From Vicugna vicugna (taxonomy: Eukaryota), in contig MU058451.1 in assembly GCA_013265495.1 (NCBI GenBank), positions 1,526,167-1,590,166 on the forward strand: 64,000 nucleotides of DNA, read 5' to 3'. A program made the translations under genes and the position numbers. Shown here piece after piece: positions 37,638 to 52,600 of the stretch; the stretch's first letter is position 1, and every line of letters begins with the position of its first letter. Under the pieces are notes generated by a model. That model was not told where the DNA came from, searched no databases, and was given only the letters and a program-made list of their open reading frames with translations.

Positions 37638-40600
37638 TTGTTATTATTATTATTATATATAATAATAATAATAATGCAGCAACAATTCTTAATCCTTCTG
37701 CTCTGTGCAACAACAAACATACCAGCTGAAACTCAAGATTATATCTTTAGGAGAAACTGAATTAGTTCCAGTGGAATCAATATGTGAACCAAGATCAGTC
37801 CAGTAGAGTCCTTGTCCATTAATGGAAATTAGACATGTGGCAAATTCCAGGATGGCTGTTATAATCACTGTTCTATCTCTTATCTAAATGCAGAGCTTTA
37901 AAGGCAGAGCTTTGCCTTGTTTTCCTCCTGAAGTCATGACATGTTACGTACTTTCAGAGCTGGCCATGCGAGATAGAGGTACCCACCTTCATGTACCTAC
38001 AACAGCAGCAAGGTACTGGGCACACGATACTTTACATTTAATCCAGGTATACACCATGTACTGCATTAAACTAACTAAACTACAAAATAACATGTATCAA
38101 GTACATTCATAAATATGGGCTCTGTCAGAACACGGCAGATTTGCCCCTTTCTTTATTGCCATCCAGTTGGACGGCGTAAGAAGATGCTCATGATACCAAG
38201 GGTGAAATAAATCTACAACAGAAAGTAGAAAGAGATCATTTATCTCCAAGAGCCTATCTTTGCAATAAGAGTCTAGCTCTAAAAACTACCCAAATTTTCT
38301 TTTAACCCATCCAGGAAATCTGTATAATCAACAGAAAACTTCAGTTGCACACTTGCCTTGACTAGTGTTTCAAAGGAATAATCAGCAGGGAAATCTGGAG
38401 ACTGTCTGTGCTCCAAAGCACAGGCTTGGTCTGCCTTGAATATGAGATTGTTCACCTCTGTGTCCACTACTGGGTGACCCTGGGCCCTGGTGCTTATCTA
38501 TCTGTGATTATACAAAATAGTTTATATTCAACATATGGGACAAACTATCCTCCAACTTCATCATTAAAACTCTTTAGGATTTAAAACCCCACAGCCACAA
38601 CCACAAAAGATCATGTGTTAAAGAAAATTCCTTTTGGTGGCACTGGTAACAACACAGATTTACCTCGGAGAATATTTTCACCAACATCCAGTTTTGGGGT
38701 CTCCATCAGCAGGAGAGCATCAGGCAAGTTCAGGTGGGGCAGGGCAGAGTTTGTCAGACAACGACCATAGTGCCAGACTACACACACCCAGACCCTGTGA
38801 GCCTCATGGGAGTGCTAGGAAGGTGGTTTATGCACCCATGATTTATAAATGGAAACTGAAGATCAGGGAGGTTAAGCAGCATGTCTATTGTAACCCAAAA
38901 AGTTCACTGAAAATTTTATGTAAACAACTAACATTTTAAAATGTTGATTGATTTTATTTGGATCTGTCTCCTAAAGCAAAGGAAATAAAGGCAAATAAAC
39001 CAATGGGACCTAATTAAACTTAAAAGCATTTGCACAGCAAAGGAAACTGTTGACAAAACAAAAAGATAACCTCTTGAATGGAAGAAAATATTTGCCAATG
39101 ATATGACCAACAAGGAGTTAATATCCAAAATATATAAACAGCTCATACAACTCAACATCAAAAAATAAATGAAAGAAACAAACAAAAAAGCAAACCCAAC
39201 ATGATTAAAAAATGGGCAGAAAACCTGAATAGACATTTTTCCAAAGATGTGCAGATGGTCCACAGGTACATGAAGAGATACTCAACATTGCTAATTATCA
39301 GAGAAATGCAAATCAAAGCTATGATGAGAGTATCAACTCATACCTGTTAGAATGGCTATCATTAAAAAGAACACAAATAGCAAATGTTGGTGAGGGTGTG
39401 GAGAAAAGAGAACACTGTTGGTGAGAAATTGGTAGTCACGGTGAAAAACAGTATGGAAGGTCCTCAAAAAACTAAAAACAGAACTATCATACGACCCAGC
39501 AATTCCACTCCTGGGTATATATCCAAAGAAAACAACACTAACTCAAAAAGATACATGCACCCCAATGTTCACATCAGCATTATTTACATTTACATTATTT
39601 ACAGTTGCCAAGATATGGAAGTGACTTAAGTATTAGTCAACAGATGAGCGGATAAAGAAGTTGTGGTATATATATATACATATACATATATATATATATA
39701 TATATATATGGTGGAATACTATTCAGCCATAAAAAGAGTGAAATTTGCAACAATGTGGGTGGACATGGAGGGTATTATGCTAAGTGAAATAAGTCAGACA
39801 GAGAAAACTGCTTCCTCTCAGGTTGTGAATAAGCCCTGATGCCAGAGGCTGGTGGACGGGAAGGCAGGGTACCGTTTGTTCTTGATGGTCGTGAGAACCA
39901 CCTCCTTTCTCTTATTGTGAATTGCAACGTGCAGAAAGGAGGCCAGCTGCTTGTTGAGGACGATGTCGGCATTGTAGCTCAGGAGCAGTGCGACAGCCTT
40001 GGCGTGGCCCTCTCTTGCCGCAAAGTGGAGCGCAGTGTTCTTTCAGAGAAAACAGAACCACAGACAATCTGGTGACAATGGCTGCTCATCCTGTGGCTAT
40101 TTTACTGCTTTGTCTCACTGTTGAACTGCTTAAAAGAAATTACTGACAAAGCTATTTAATAGTAAGTACTTAAAATTGAAAACTGGTGTTCAGAATCAAG
40201 CTTCAAAATAAAGAGTTTCTAATACAAATATTGCGTGTGTTTGCATATGTGTGTGTGTGTGTAGGGTGGGGTTGGGAGGCCTGTGTGTGTGTGTGTAAAT
40301 GTGAATTCCAAGTGGATGGCTTTGCTTCTTTTTTGCAGTCAGTGGGATGTTTCCACAGGGACAGAAGACAAGCTTTTAGGATGAGGATGTTGGAACAAAC
40401 ACAGAAGAAAATACTTCTGGAGATTAATCGTCCATTATCGAATTGGTTTCCAGATACTAGATTTTCACAGGCTTGTAAAAATTTTTTTAAATCAGAAATC
40501 ACTGTAAAGTTGCCAATCTTTAGTTTTGCCACATAAACACATACTAAAAAGCGATGATAGTCCTGTGTCTCCATCATTCCGTGAAAGACTGTATATTTCA

Positions 40601-43600
40601 ATACTTGCTTTCCAAAACAGGAGGAAGGATGTCACAGTGGAATAAAGGGCAGTCTTTCAAATCAAATCCACTTAGTTTCAGGGAAGACTTACCCCTGCTA
40701 TCTTCATTGCCCTCGGTTCACCAGGGAATAATGAAAATTGTGGGCAGGCCTCTGTGAGGCTGAACAGGTGTCCTCAACATGCACCCAGCCCTTCGTATTG
40801 TCTCCTTATTCTGTTCCCCTTTTACTCACTAAGGGCCTACATAGTGAGAACCCAATGAAAGACCACGAATAGAGCAAGGACAGGAAGGGGGTAGCTAAGA
40901 AGGCTTCCTGCAATTTTGGAAGTTTCCTCTGTGCCAAGATTTTAGGTAGGTGTGAGGAACATGTTACATACCCCTTCTTCATCTGGCCGATCCGCGCACT
41001 TCATATTAGTGTCAAGAATGACCTTCATGGTCTGAGTGTACCCGCCCAAGGAAGCGTGATGCAAAGCAGTCCAGCCATTGTGGTCACTGTTCAAGAGTCA
41101 AGAAAAACCTTTGTGTTCACCTTACAGATGAAAGGTGGGAAAGGATGCCACCCATTTGAAAGGTGGGTCTGATGACTAAGGGTAAAAATAGCATATCTGA
41201 GATATCTCAGTTCTAGCAACTAAATATTAATTACATATTTCTAACAAATGAGCTAATTTTAAGCCTAATTGGATGAAGGTAGTCAAAAGGTACAAACTCC
41301 CAGTTATAAGATAAATAAATCCTAGGGATGTAGTGTGTGACATGATAGGTATAATGAACACTGCTGTATGTTATAAATGGAAGTTCTTAACAGTAAATCC
41401 TGAGTTCTCAACACAAAGAAAAAAATGTTTCTTTTTCCTCTTTTTTTGTATCTGTGTGAGACTATGGATCTTTGCAAAACTTACTGTGGTAATCTTTTCA
41501 TGATGCATAAAAGTCAAATAACTAAAGCTGGGCACTTTAAACTTATACAGCATCAATTATATCTCCAAAAATTGGAAGGAAAATAAATAAAAGTAAATGA
41601 AAGTGTATAAACACGTTATCAAATAATCAGGGTGGATGAAACTAGAATTAGCATATCTATGTCATGCAAAATTTTTTCAAGGCTGTAATGTACTTATACA
41701 CACTATCTTAAAATTATCCTTTAATTGAATATTGTATCAAAAAATTTCCATGATGGTGGTATTCATCTTTGTGGCCACTAGTTATGGCTAATAATAATGA
41801 TAATGATAATAATATCATCTTCCAGAACATGGCTATAAGATATTTAACTTAGGGCCACTTATTTTTCTAAGAGTTCAGGTCTGAAGAGATCTTTTTCTTG
41901 TGCTCCCAAAGATGCTTATTTAATCCCTTTAAGAAATGTTTGTCCATTCTCACAGAAATTCAGGATGTAAATACAGTGAAGACTTGCCTTTTTTCCAAAT
42001 CAGAAATAGAAAAAAAGCATGAGATCTTGACACAATTTAATTTCAGGGCTAGTGAGCACCTGTTTTAGGGTGCAAGAGCCACCTCACTATTTCCATTATG
42101 CTGTAATTAAGCAACAACTTTCGGGCCTGGGTTCTCCCGGGGTCCCCTCTGCAGGTCTGCTATCTGGTGTCCCCTTGGAGGCAGGAAGGATTTAAGGAGA
42201 GCATTCATTTCTTGGCTGCATCACTGCTTTGCTGGGATTGGCACCCCGATAAAGAAATGTGGCTTTGAACATTAGCCTAAATGAGCAATTTTGCTACCAC
42301 CTTGGTACGATCAGAAATTAGCTCATCACACCTCTATAAAACTTTTCTGGATTTTCCTTCTCTTTTTACAGAGGTGTTGTTTAATGATGCCACCTTTTAT
42401 TAGGCTCAATCATTTTTCTTTGGTTTTGCTCCTTGTGTTAGATTTCCTTTAAGTATAATGAAATTCAGGAAATTTTTAAGTCTCATGTTATAGCATAAAG
42501 GGAGCCTTTCTGTCCATTATTCATCAGATTGAATGAAAAGTAGAGTCTTTGATTTGTAGTGTATGTGTGTGTGTGCGCGCGTGCGCATGTGCTGTTTTGT
42601 ATCTGCATAAACAGATCGTAGCGTGACGAAGGACAATATGAGGAGCTGTTACTTTGGAGGTTCTGGAAACTACTCTGTACAAAGCCAGTTATTCTGTGAC
42701 TTTGAACAAGGCCTTCAGCTCTATAAACCTCAATGTTTTCATCTGTCAATGGGAACTAATACTGACTTCCCTTTCCATATTTGAGAAGTCATATAAGTAA
42801 GATGAGTAAAAGTACTTAGTGAGAAAGTTAGATATCATAATTAAAAATAAAATAGAAAAACAGCCTGAAAATGACTAACCAATTAAAAAGAATATATAAA
42901 AATTCCAGTCCTATTGTCTCACCTGAGAAATAATGCACCTTTTTTCAGAAGAAGTTGAACTACTTTGTCATGCCCATTTTTTGCAGCCAGGTGGAGAGGA
43001 GTCATCCCATGAAGGTCACCTTCATTCAAAAGCCTCCTGTCGCTCATGTCTTGCAGGAGCCTCTGACAGGTGTTAATGCGCCCATAACTTGAAAAAAAAG
43101 TCCGTTTCATACTTTCAAAGCAAATATTAGAGAGAAGACACGCTCATGTGTCATTTAAACTGACCCTTACCTGGCTGCAAAATGCAGGGGTGATTTCTTA
43201 TCTTTGCTTTTGGAGTGAATGGACACATTGAAGTCAAGCAGGTTATTTACAGAGACAGGGACCCCCTGTCTACATGCATAATGTAGGGGAGTACACCCAT
43301 CGTTGTCTTCATCCATTACCAGCTGTTTAATATGTTGCATCTATGGGAAAAATTAATATTCAAAGTATAATTCTGGTATGATGCTAATACAGTATTTTTC
43401 AAACTATTCTGTAGGATAGTATTTTCCAACAAGGGCCAATATGGATCCAGTGAGGGCAAAAATATAAATAACCTAAAGGGTACTTGAGTAAAATAAATGT
43501 GGATGATGGCGCATGCTCTGTCTCTCTGTAATGTACATTACCAGAGGCTCTGAGAAATTCTAAGGAAAATAAATGTATTTAACATTTATAACCCAACATT

Positions 43601-46600
43601 TTTCAAATGTATTTGACTATGAACCACCTCCCTCACCCCACCAAATAACACTTAACAGCTTAATGCTAATGTGCTCTGTTAGGCAAAAGGGACGAGATGT
43701 TAAAATTAGGGACACTCTATCTTTATCTTTATATGTATATTAAATAAAAAATGCATGGCAAATGAGCAGCTTAAATAAATCCATAAACAGGGGAAGGTAT
43801 AGCTCAAATGGTAGAGCACATGCTTAGCATGCACAAGGTCCTGGATTCAACCCCCAGTACCTCCTCTAAAAATAAATAGATATAAATACCTAATTACCCC
43901 CCCAAAAAAAAACTCAGAAAAGGAAAAAAGAAAATCTTGAACAGTTTGCTTTGTCATATAAAAGAGAAGACACATGATTGCCAAAAATATCTTGTCTCAT
44001 TCTATAGTATATAGCCCTTCACGTAACACGCGTTCAATAAATGTCCATTCAGGAAATTGTAACTGACTACCCTTCAATAAAAAGAATATTAAGTGGTGGA
44101 GAAAGATTCAAAAAAACTATTTTAAAAAGTCCATAAACATTTTTTTAAAAATATTCAAATATACATTCTGATTCTTTAAGAAACTGACTATATTAAAATC
44201 TATTTATTATAAATACATTTATTTATCTTAAAAATATGTTGAGGATATATGGAAACTCTCCGTAACTTTGAAAACTCAATCCCAAAGTAATTTATTATCA
44301 TCATCATAATCATCTTTACTATGTTGTAAATAAATGGCATCAAACATGGCGTCTTTATTTAGAAATAACTTTTAAATTCCAGTATCAGCCTTCAGAATAA
44401 TAAAAATCATAATAAACAAGACCACTTTACTCTCTGCTGAACCCAATTCAGTTTATGGAAATCCATACTTGTGTATTACCTGCATAAACTCAGGTCGCAA
44501 ATTCTTTAATCCGTAAGGTTGTTGTACAGTCAAATGCAAAAAATTACGTCCAAGATGATCTTTTATGTCTACCCGGGCACCTAAAAAGCACAATATAAAT
44601 ATAACTTCTGCTCATTTATTTGAAGCAAGGCCTCTGGTGGATTTTCAATTTAAGAAAATAGAAGATTTTTGACCTAAAACTTTGCCAACCTTTACGTTAA
44701 AAAAAAACTTTATTTAGGTAAGAAAACTAAAATAAACACATTTTCAAATATCTTTACCTCAAACAGTGTGCATGTGTGTGTAAGGGGGTAGAGAATATAT
44801 GATTCATTACATTAATTAATATATGAGGTCTTACCTTTTAAAACATAAAATATAAATATAGAGAGACTGGAGATCAAGAGAGAAGAGGGGAGGGTACCTG
44901 TCTTCTTTGTTGTCATATCAGGTTATTCTCTAAGGTGAGGACAGTTACAGTATCACATAGGATGGATTCACTGAGAGAATGTAAACAAAATGTTCAGCAA
45001 AATGCCTAGAATATAATCATTCCCTTACAAATGTTTTCTATTATTGTTCTTAAATTATCCTTTCAAGTACTGCTGGACTGCAAATTATTCTAGATACGGG
45101 AGGTATTCCATTTATCTTTGTATTCATAGCCCCTGGCTCAAAGCCTGGCACGTAATAAATGGATATTAAATGTTTAACCATATTGAGTAGTAGTTCTAAA
45201 GGCTTGGCTCGGTCCCTCTTAGTACCTTTAGAGAGGAGCAAATTTACAGTATTCCAGGATGCGGAAGCAGTTGCTAATATAAGCGGAGAGCGTCCTTCGG
45301 AATCGGTGCTATCAATATCTGCTCCCTAAAATAAAACACGTCATTCACTAGAGAGCTTGTGAAATGACAAATGAGCTTACATTGCAATCTGTAAGTAATG
45401 TTAATTCATCGAGACAGAGTGTCCAAAATATGGCTAGCACTTAAGTGTAAGACTACTTTGAAACTTCCCTATGATTCATATGTTGTAAGATCGGAAATCA
45501 GGGCACTCTTTTCTAACTTCAGCCACAAAAATTCTTCTCAAATGTTAATCTTTTGACTGACAGCCAGCAACAGATCTATCTTACTGCCTACGTCATAAAA
45601 ATAAAATGCTTTGACCTATAACGCTACTTTGGTTCCCATTTTAAGAAGAGATTTTTAAATGGCCATAATAGGGAGTGGGTAATAGCTAAGGGGTAGAGCT
45701 CGTGCTTAGCAGGCACAAGGTCCTGGATTCAATCCCCAGTACCTCCTAAGTTTATTACGTATGTGATTTCTAAAACATTCACAAGAAATTGTTCACTTTT
45801 GCTGCCAAGAGAGTGAACCCTGGAAGCTCACATCACAAGGGGAAAAAAATTGCTGTAACTTTGTATGGTGACAGACAGTAGCTGGATTACTGTGGTGATC
45901 ATCTTGCAGGGTATATAAATATCTAATCTGTATGTTGTAACCTGAAACTAATATAATGTCAATTATATGTCAATTATAACTCAATAAAAAAAGAAATTGT
46001 TCACTTTTTAAAAACACTACTTCATCTGAAATAGATGAACTGAAATGGCTGAACTGAAATCATTCACATCCTAAAGTAAAATTCTAGCCAAATATCGAAG
46101 AGAATTAGTATTTAAAAATCACATATATATAAATGAATAAGTCAATATTTACCATTCCATGCGATGGTTTTAATATTTGCTATGACAAGAAACAAAAGCT
46201 TTTTAAAAGTTCATGGAAAGAATTCTGCCTTTTGGACAGGGTAATGTAAGTAGCTTAAATTCTGATCGTAGATATGACCCTGTTCTCCTGGGACCCACTG
46301 AACCCAGATGACCAACGCAGCCATAGCCCCTTTGAAAGCACGATGGTGGTCAGTGAGGTCCTGTTCTGGTCCTCTTGCCAGGTAAAGAGATGGCTGTATT
46401 AGCAGGAAACCGTGCATGGCAAAACTATGGTATAGAATGAGCCTTCCCAGGATTCTTCTGTGTAAATATCACAGTTTCAATAGTTGCTATTGACAACAAA
46501 CACATGTTAAATACTACAAACAGGGCTAGATTCATTGTTGGTATGGTGGGGCTTAAATAAATACATCATAGATTCATCTGTATAAAGGGCTAACTACAAT

Positions 46601-49600
46601 TGAACTCAGAAGCCAGCTGATTCCACTTCTAAGGGTGAAAAAGATCTTGTGCTTTCACTCGTAACAAATCTTGGACAGCATTTTTAATTCCTCACTTTTT
46701 TTATTATTTAAAAGCTGGCACTGAGGCAGCTGGGGTAGAAGTTTACCATGGAAGGTGAAGGTTTCATGTGCTGCCTGTCCCGCCTCCACCTGAAAGCCAC
46801 CTGTGCTGTAGAAGGGTCAGCAGAGTCACCACGCCCAACACTCTCCTAGGACCCAATCACAGAAGAGCTTTCCTTGCCGTGGACTTGCCAAGTCTCCACA
46901 CTAAAAACACTGATATGGGTATCAAAAGTACACATTGGTACTTCTAACTTCCTGGAAATGAGGCTTGGCCATTATGTATTCAAACACAGTATATTCTATT
47001 TGCAAATGTATCAATCATCTTGTCATCTTTTTTTCTTCTGGTTTTATTGAGATATAATTGAAATTCAGCACTGTATATGTTTAAGGCGTACAGCAATGAT
47101 TCAGCTTACATACATGATGTAATGATCAGCACAGCAACTTTAGTGAACGTCCACCATCTCAGAGACACAAAATTAAAGAAATAGAAATTTCAAGAATTTT
47201 TGCAAGTATATCAATCATCTTTTGTAAACCTTTTTACTGATAATCAAGAAATTAAAATTTGGTTTATTTTTGAATATTCCTAGTAGGTAATGTATGATTT
47301 TCAACTATAAATACTAATTAAAAAATAAACCTATCAATGGAATAGTTACCACTGAAATTAAGTAGTCTGCTAGTTCATGGTGATCAAATAATGAGGCTCT
47401 GCAAAAAGAGAATTACAAGCATATTAGGGAACTATTGATATAAATACATAAAATAAAGCTACTGTATTCAGAAAGTGAATTTAAAGGATCATTTAATAAC
47501 ATGATAAAATGCTAGAGAATTAATAACCTTTCAAAATCTATAACTGATTCTGATTAGGGTCATTTTTCAAAGTAAGAGTAATAGAGAAAGGCCAAATGCA
47601 TCATAAGATTTTCTTCCTCATCATTTCATAAACCTATTTTCTCTATGTAAAATCATGAAGATGTTCTGAAGTGAACAGTAAAGTATGTCCTAAGAGCTTA
47701 AAATGAAAGACAAAAGAACTGGCTGTTACCACTGCGACCATGAGGGAAAACAAAAGTTGCTATAAGGTTCACCCAACATTTATCTGCAGGGTTCCAAATG
47801 CCCCCCTCTTTGGCCAAGTTAACAAGGTAGTGTTAGCTTTCCTAAAGTTTTATGAAGCAAAAAAAAAAAAATGATGGAGAGAGTTGAAGTCAGTGGATAC
47901 CATCTCAACCAGTCATAAGGATAATGTTCATTAATAAAGCAAATAAAAATGAAATGTTTAATCTTTATTATAGGACCACCATAACAAATGCTAATAGTAA
48001 TGATTTTAAAGTTTGTGTTTCCTATTGCAAATTTTATTTCTTCGTCCCTATTCAAGATTATCTCAGCAACAAAAAGAATTCTGGCCCAAAGAGTAAACTT
48101 TCCTTTGAAGTTCAAAATAAACTCCGAATTTCACTGGCTACTAGAAGGACATTCCAGGATCATAGATCAGTAGTAGATTCATCAGAATTGGACTGAACTT
48201 GTCTGAGAAATCTTCAGCCAATCCAAATTGCCTGTGTCCGGCTAGTCCCCAGGCTCAGGATACTTGTGAGTCAAGTTGATGGGTCTGTCTCCCTAAAATA
48301 ATCCCCTCTAATGCATATTTACATATTAAAGCTGTATTCTAAATAAACACATTTTAACTATACCCAGATCACTAGGTTTCTAAATTGGCCAAACTTTGGA
48401 ATCATGTTAAGAACTTAAAAAAAAATTCCTGAGACCCATCAGGAATTCTGATGCAACCTGGGATATGAATGGACACTGGGGGTTTATAAACTCCGCACAT
48501 AGTTCTAATGTGCAGTAGTTTGAGACTCTCTGGTCTAGAGGTTAATCTATCAATTGAGTTTTTTGTTTTCTTTCTTTCTTTTTTTTTTGCATTTCTAAGT
48601 TTTCTAACTGGACCTTTTTCATATCACCAGTCTTTGATTCATAAATGTCAATTTGTTTTCCATAATCCATCATCTTAATATACGTATTTTTACATGAATA
48701 TCTCAGCTCTCTCCTGCCATTCCAGGCTTCCATCTCTCTCTTTTTCTCTCTCACTCTGTGTGCTGGGGTGGGGGGTGTGTGTGAAAGGCCGACAGACAGA
48801 CAGACAGAGGCAGAGAAGGCTTATCTCAGCCACCTCTTCACTCACATAGGGAACACTGAGTCCTCGAATTCAAGGAATGAACTCTCAGTCTACACTGCCT
48901 GTTTCCTGTCCTTGCAGCTTGTAAGACTATAGTTTCAGATGGTTTTCTCTAAAGTGTATTTATATTAAACTCAATAGAAATATTTATCTTCTTTGGAGCT
49001 TGGCTATCATTCCCTAAAACTACGTGTATGTTTTGACAATGTTTATGTGTAACTGAGGGCCTAAGTGGAAAGGAAACTAGGGTGGGAGAAGAACCATCCA
49101 TATGTATCTGCTCCATTCTTTTCACTGAAAATGAGGACACGATACACATGAGGAACTGGAACAGATTAGAAAGGGCTCGGAAAGTCGTGTATGTTGACCT
49201 CCTGAGCATACAGGAAATGAATCCTGAGCCTAAAACCACTGGACTAAGAATTGATCCAGAATATTCCACTGGAGATTTTATCCAATGAAAATGTATTTAA
49301 TGCTCCACTTTGATTCCAGAAGAACATAGAGATTCCAGTTGAGCCACAGAGTCTTTATTACATCTGCTCTTTTCTTTTGAACTGTAGAATCTCAGCTACC
49401 ACAAGTGCTGACTTTTTCTGTCAGGGTATAATTCAACTCACGAAGACTACAAGTCTGTACACAGAATGATCAGCAGGAAACTTACTTGTGAAGCAGCGAC
49501 TCCTGATTTCCGTCCACTGCATTGACAATATCACTGCTCCCAGAATACGAAGATATCATCAGTTTAACAATCTCAGTGGCCCCCTGGGTGGCAGCAAAAT

Positions 49601-52600
49601 GGAGGGCTGTGCACTTGCCCTTCTGTAAAGAGTTGTGATGTCAGAATCAGTCAACGTGTAAGTCCCAACGTAAGGATAAAGCCCAAATTCAGTTGTTTTT
49701 CCTTCCCAGGCCAACAAAATCATGGAATATGGAATTTGAGATGATGAATAGTAATCAGTTTCATCTCCTGAAAAGCATCAATGTACAAATCATAGCTAGC
49801 AATTTGACTTCTTTGCAATCTGACAGCTCTTGACAGCTCTGACGGTATTTCTACTGCTGTCAGTGTCATTATCTTTACTGTATCTGTATTTGTGTTTGCA
49901 ATTTTTGGGGGGAGCTCTCAAAATTCTTTAGACAAATTAAGATTTGGGAGTCTCTCGTTCTGCTTCTTCACGAACAGCGGGGAGTATTATCTATTTCCAT
50001 CTAAATTAACTGTAAAAGAGCTGTGAAGCATTTTTGGCAAATACTACATGACAATTCTACAATAAAAGAATCAGAATAGAACATGAACAGTTACCTCCAC
50101 CAGGTCCAATTGTGCACCGTTGTCCAGGCACATTTTAATCATTTCTAGGTCACCACTCTGGACCGCCATGTGGAGGGGGCTAGCTTTCCCGTTGTTCACA
50201 AAGTTAATGTGAGACAGTCTGCTATACCCGTGTTCTTCACCTTTGGGAGAAATAAAATTTGAGATAACAAATATTATAAATAAATAAAAGGATTTTTTTT
50301 AAAAAAATATTTTTTAGACTTACATAAAAGACCATGTATAAATTCTAATAAATGTTTCTCAGATTAACAACATCCACCAGAAGAGACTTTTTTATAATAC
50401 ATAATGGAGAAAAGCCTCTACTTACCAAACTTTAGTATTATTTCCATGCATTTTTTGGCACCAGAAAATGCAGCCTGGTGAATAGGGAAGCATCCCCATT
50501 TATTTGATTTACAGAGATTAGCTCCTTTATTTAACTGAAGAAAAGAACAAAAAAAGTCATGATGCAAGTTAAACCCCAGATCACAAGGATGGGCAAGATT
50601 TTGTATGCCTCTCCCAGACCTTTTCACTACTCTGTGCCTATGTAAAACTACATAGAAAAGCTTCAGATGCTATGGAATCTCTGCAAGTAATCTGGGAACT
50701 ATGCTAAGATTCTAAAAAGAGACCCTTTATATTTTATAATGATGAAGTAACAATATAGACACAAGAACATCGGCTTGATCCCCCAGCAAACTAAAGTCAA
50801 CACATTTTTCAATGGAATCAAAGAGATTTTTAAAAATATTATTGTGACTCCTCCTACACCCATTCTCAATTCCTTATACAAATAAAGTGACAATATTTCC
50901 CAGATTCTTTCCCTTTCATTTGTGTAATTAACAGATGATTAGACCGGCACTCATGTTACGCTATAAAACTCAGGCATCTTGACTAAGGCAAGTTCTCTAC
51001 TAAAAAGTTGTTAAAAGAACCCTGGAAAATATGTTAGAACATATTTGTAAATTGAAATACCAGGTGGATATTCTGAAATTCTTTTATTTCTTTGTTCTAC
51101 TCTCTGGGATGGTGGAGAGAGACAATCAAAAATACAGAACCTGGCCTGAATAACATACAAGTGATTAAGGAATATTTAAAAGAAAGCTATTTTCTGGAAC
51201 TCTAGTACCATGCTTGAAAGGGGCATTATGTGGAGCAGGAGTCGGCCATTCTGATGGGCAGCTCCAGAGTTTTACTGGACCAGAGAGAAGACTGGCTCTT
51301 CTGTTAGGGCTGTGGCTGAGGACCTTAGTCATTATATCACACAGGGCTCCCTTTCAGAGAACCCAAGGCAGCAATTTCTTCTCATCTTGGGAACAGGTGA
51401 TGGCTGTGTTTCTCTTCGCTATTATTTTAGGGCCCAGCAATAAGCCTGCAAATGACTGTATTCCTCTTGCCTTTGACTCTTCAGAAGCTCAGAGTCAAAA
51501 GTATGATCCACCTTTATTAACATACAGGCCATTATGCTTTGTATTTTGTATTCTAGCCTGACCACCGGCTTCACCTTAATCTTTCCTGTCTATATTTTCT
51601 TTTCATTTCAATCTTCTCACATTTTCTGTAATGCCTTCCTGTTAGTCTTCAATAAGCAATCTCACACTCATTTAAGATTTAAGGGGTGTATATATACATA
51701 TACCAAAGCACACAGAGCTATTTTTTCTGACATATTTTCTGTATTTTATATTTTGCTGAGAAAAGAAACTGAAAGGTGTTGTAAGTAACAAAAATTCAGG
51801 TTGTACTAACTAAAAGATTCAGAAAACAGAAAGAATACGATTAAAATACAAACCAAAATCTGCAGTGCTTCACTGTTATCTTTGAAGCATGTGATTATCA
51901 AAGCTGTGTTTCCATTTTCTCCTTCCAAATTAATGTCAGTACTGCTGTGTTCAACCAAGATCTACAGGAAAGGGGAATAATAGTTGGAAAGTTAACTTGC
52001 CGGTTTCCAAACAGGGTTTTTGCCTTCCACTAGATTATAAGCTCTCAGATGCCAGGGACCATGTCCTTATTCACCTCTGCTATCACTTCTCCCACAGAAT
52101 CTGGCATAAAACCTTGCACACAGTGCACACTACACAAATTTCTCAAATAGATGAAATAATGGCAATTTCTCTATCATATCAGTTAAGGCAACGTGGAGCT
52201 GGAGAACTGGAAATAGAATAAGAATTATAGATACTAGCTAACATAGCTCACTTAATACTGCTCACTTGTAGTAAGTGAACTATATTAAATAATATCTACC
52301 AAAAACTAAACTGGAATCTGTGGGTGGCAGGGGAGGAAAGGAGGTGAAGGAAGGAGAGAGGGAGGGAGGAGAAGTGGGGACAGAATGGTTTCCTTTTTCC
52401 ATCTAGTCATTTTGCTTTTACCTAGGTTGCAGGTATTCTGGGAAATATCAATTAAATGAAATGAAATCTCCATTCTCTCCAGTAGAGGAAAGAGAGTTTC
52501 ACATTAACACAGGTATTGCTTAATTCAATCAATTTAGACTTTGTCTGGAACAGAAAACTTCTCTATGATGTAAGAAATTCACCTTCTTGGTAAAATGATG

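Noticed and set aside
37444..37716. ORF with poly-Leu/Ile resembling a signal peptide fused to exon 15
   Set aside because: Translation of the (TTA)n microsatellite in intron 14.
43790..43865. tRNA gene
   Set aside because: Has A/B boxes but continues into a SINE body and A-tail, so it is a tRNA-derived SINE. The same applies to 45671-45747.
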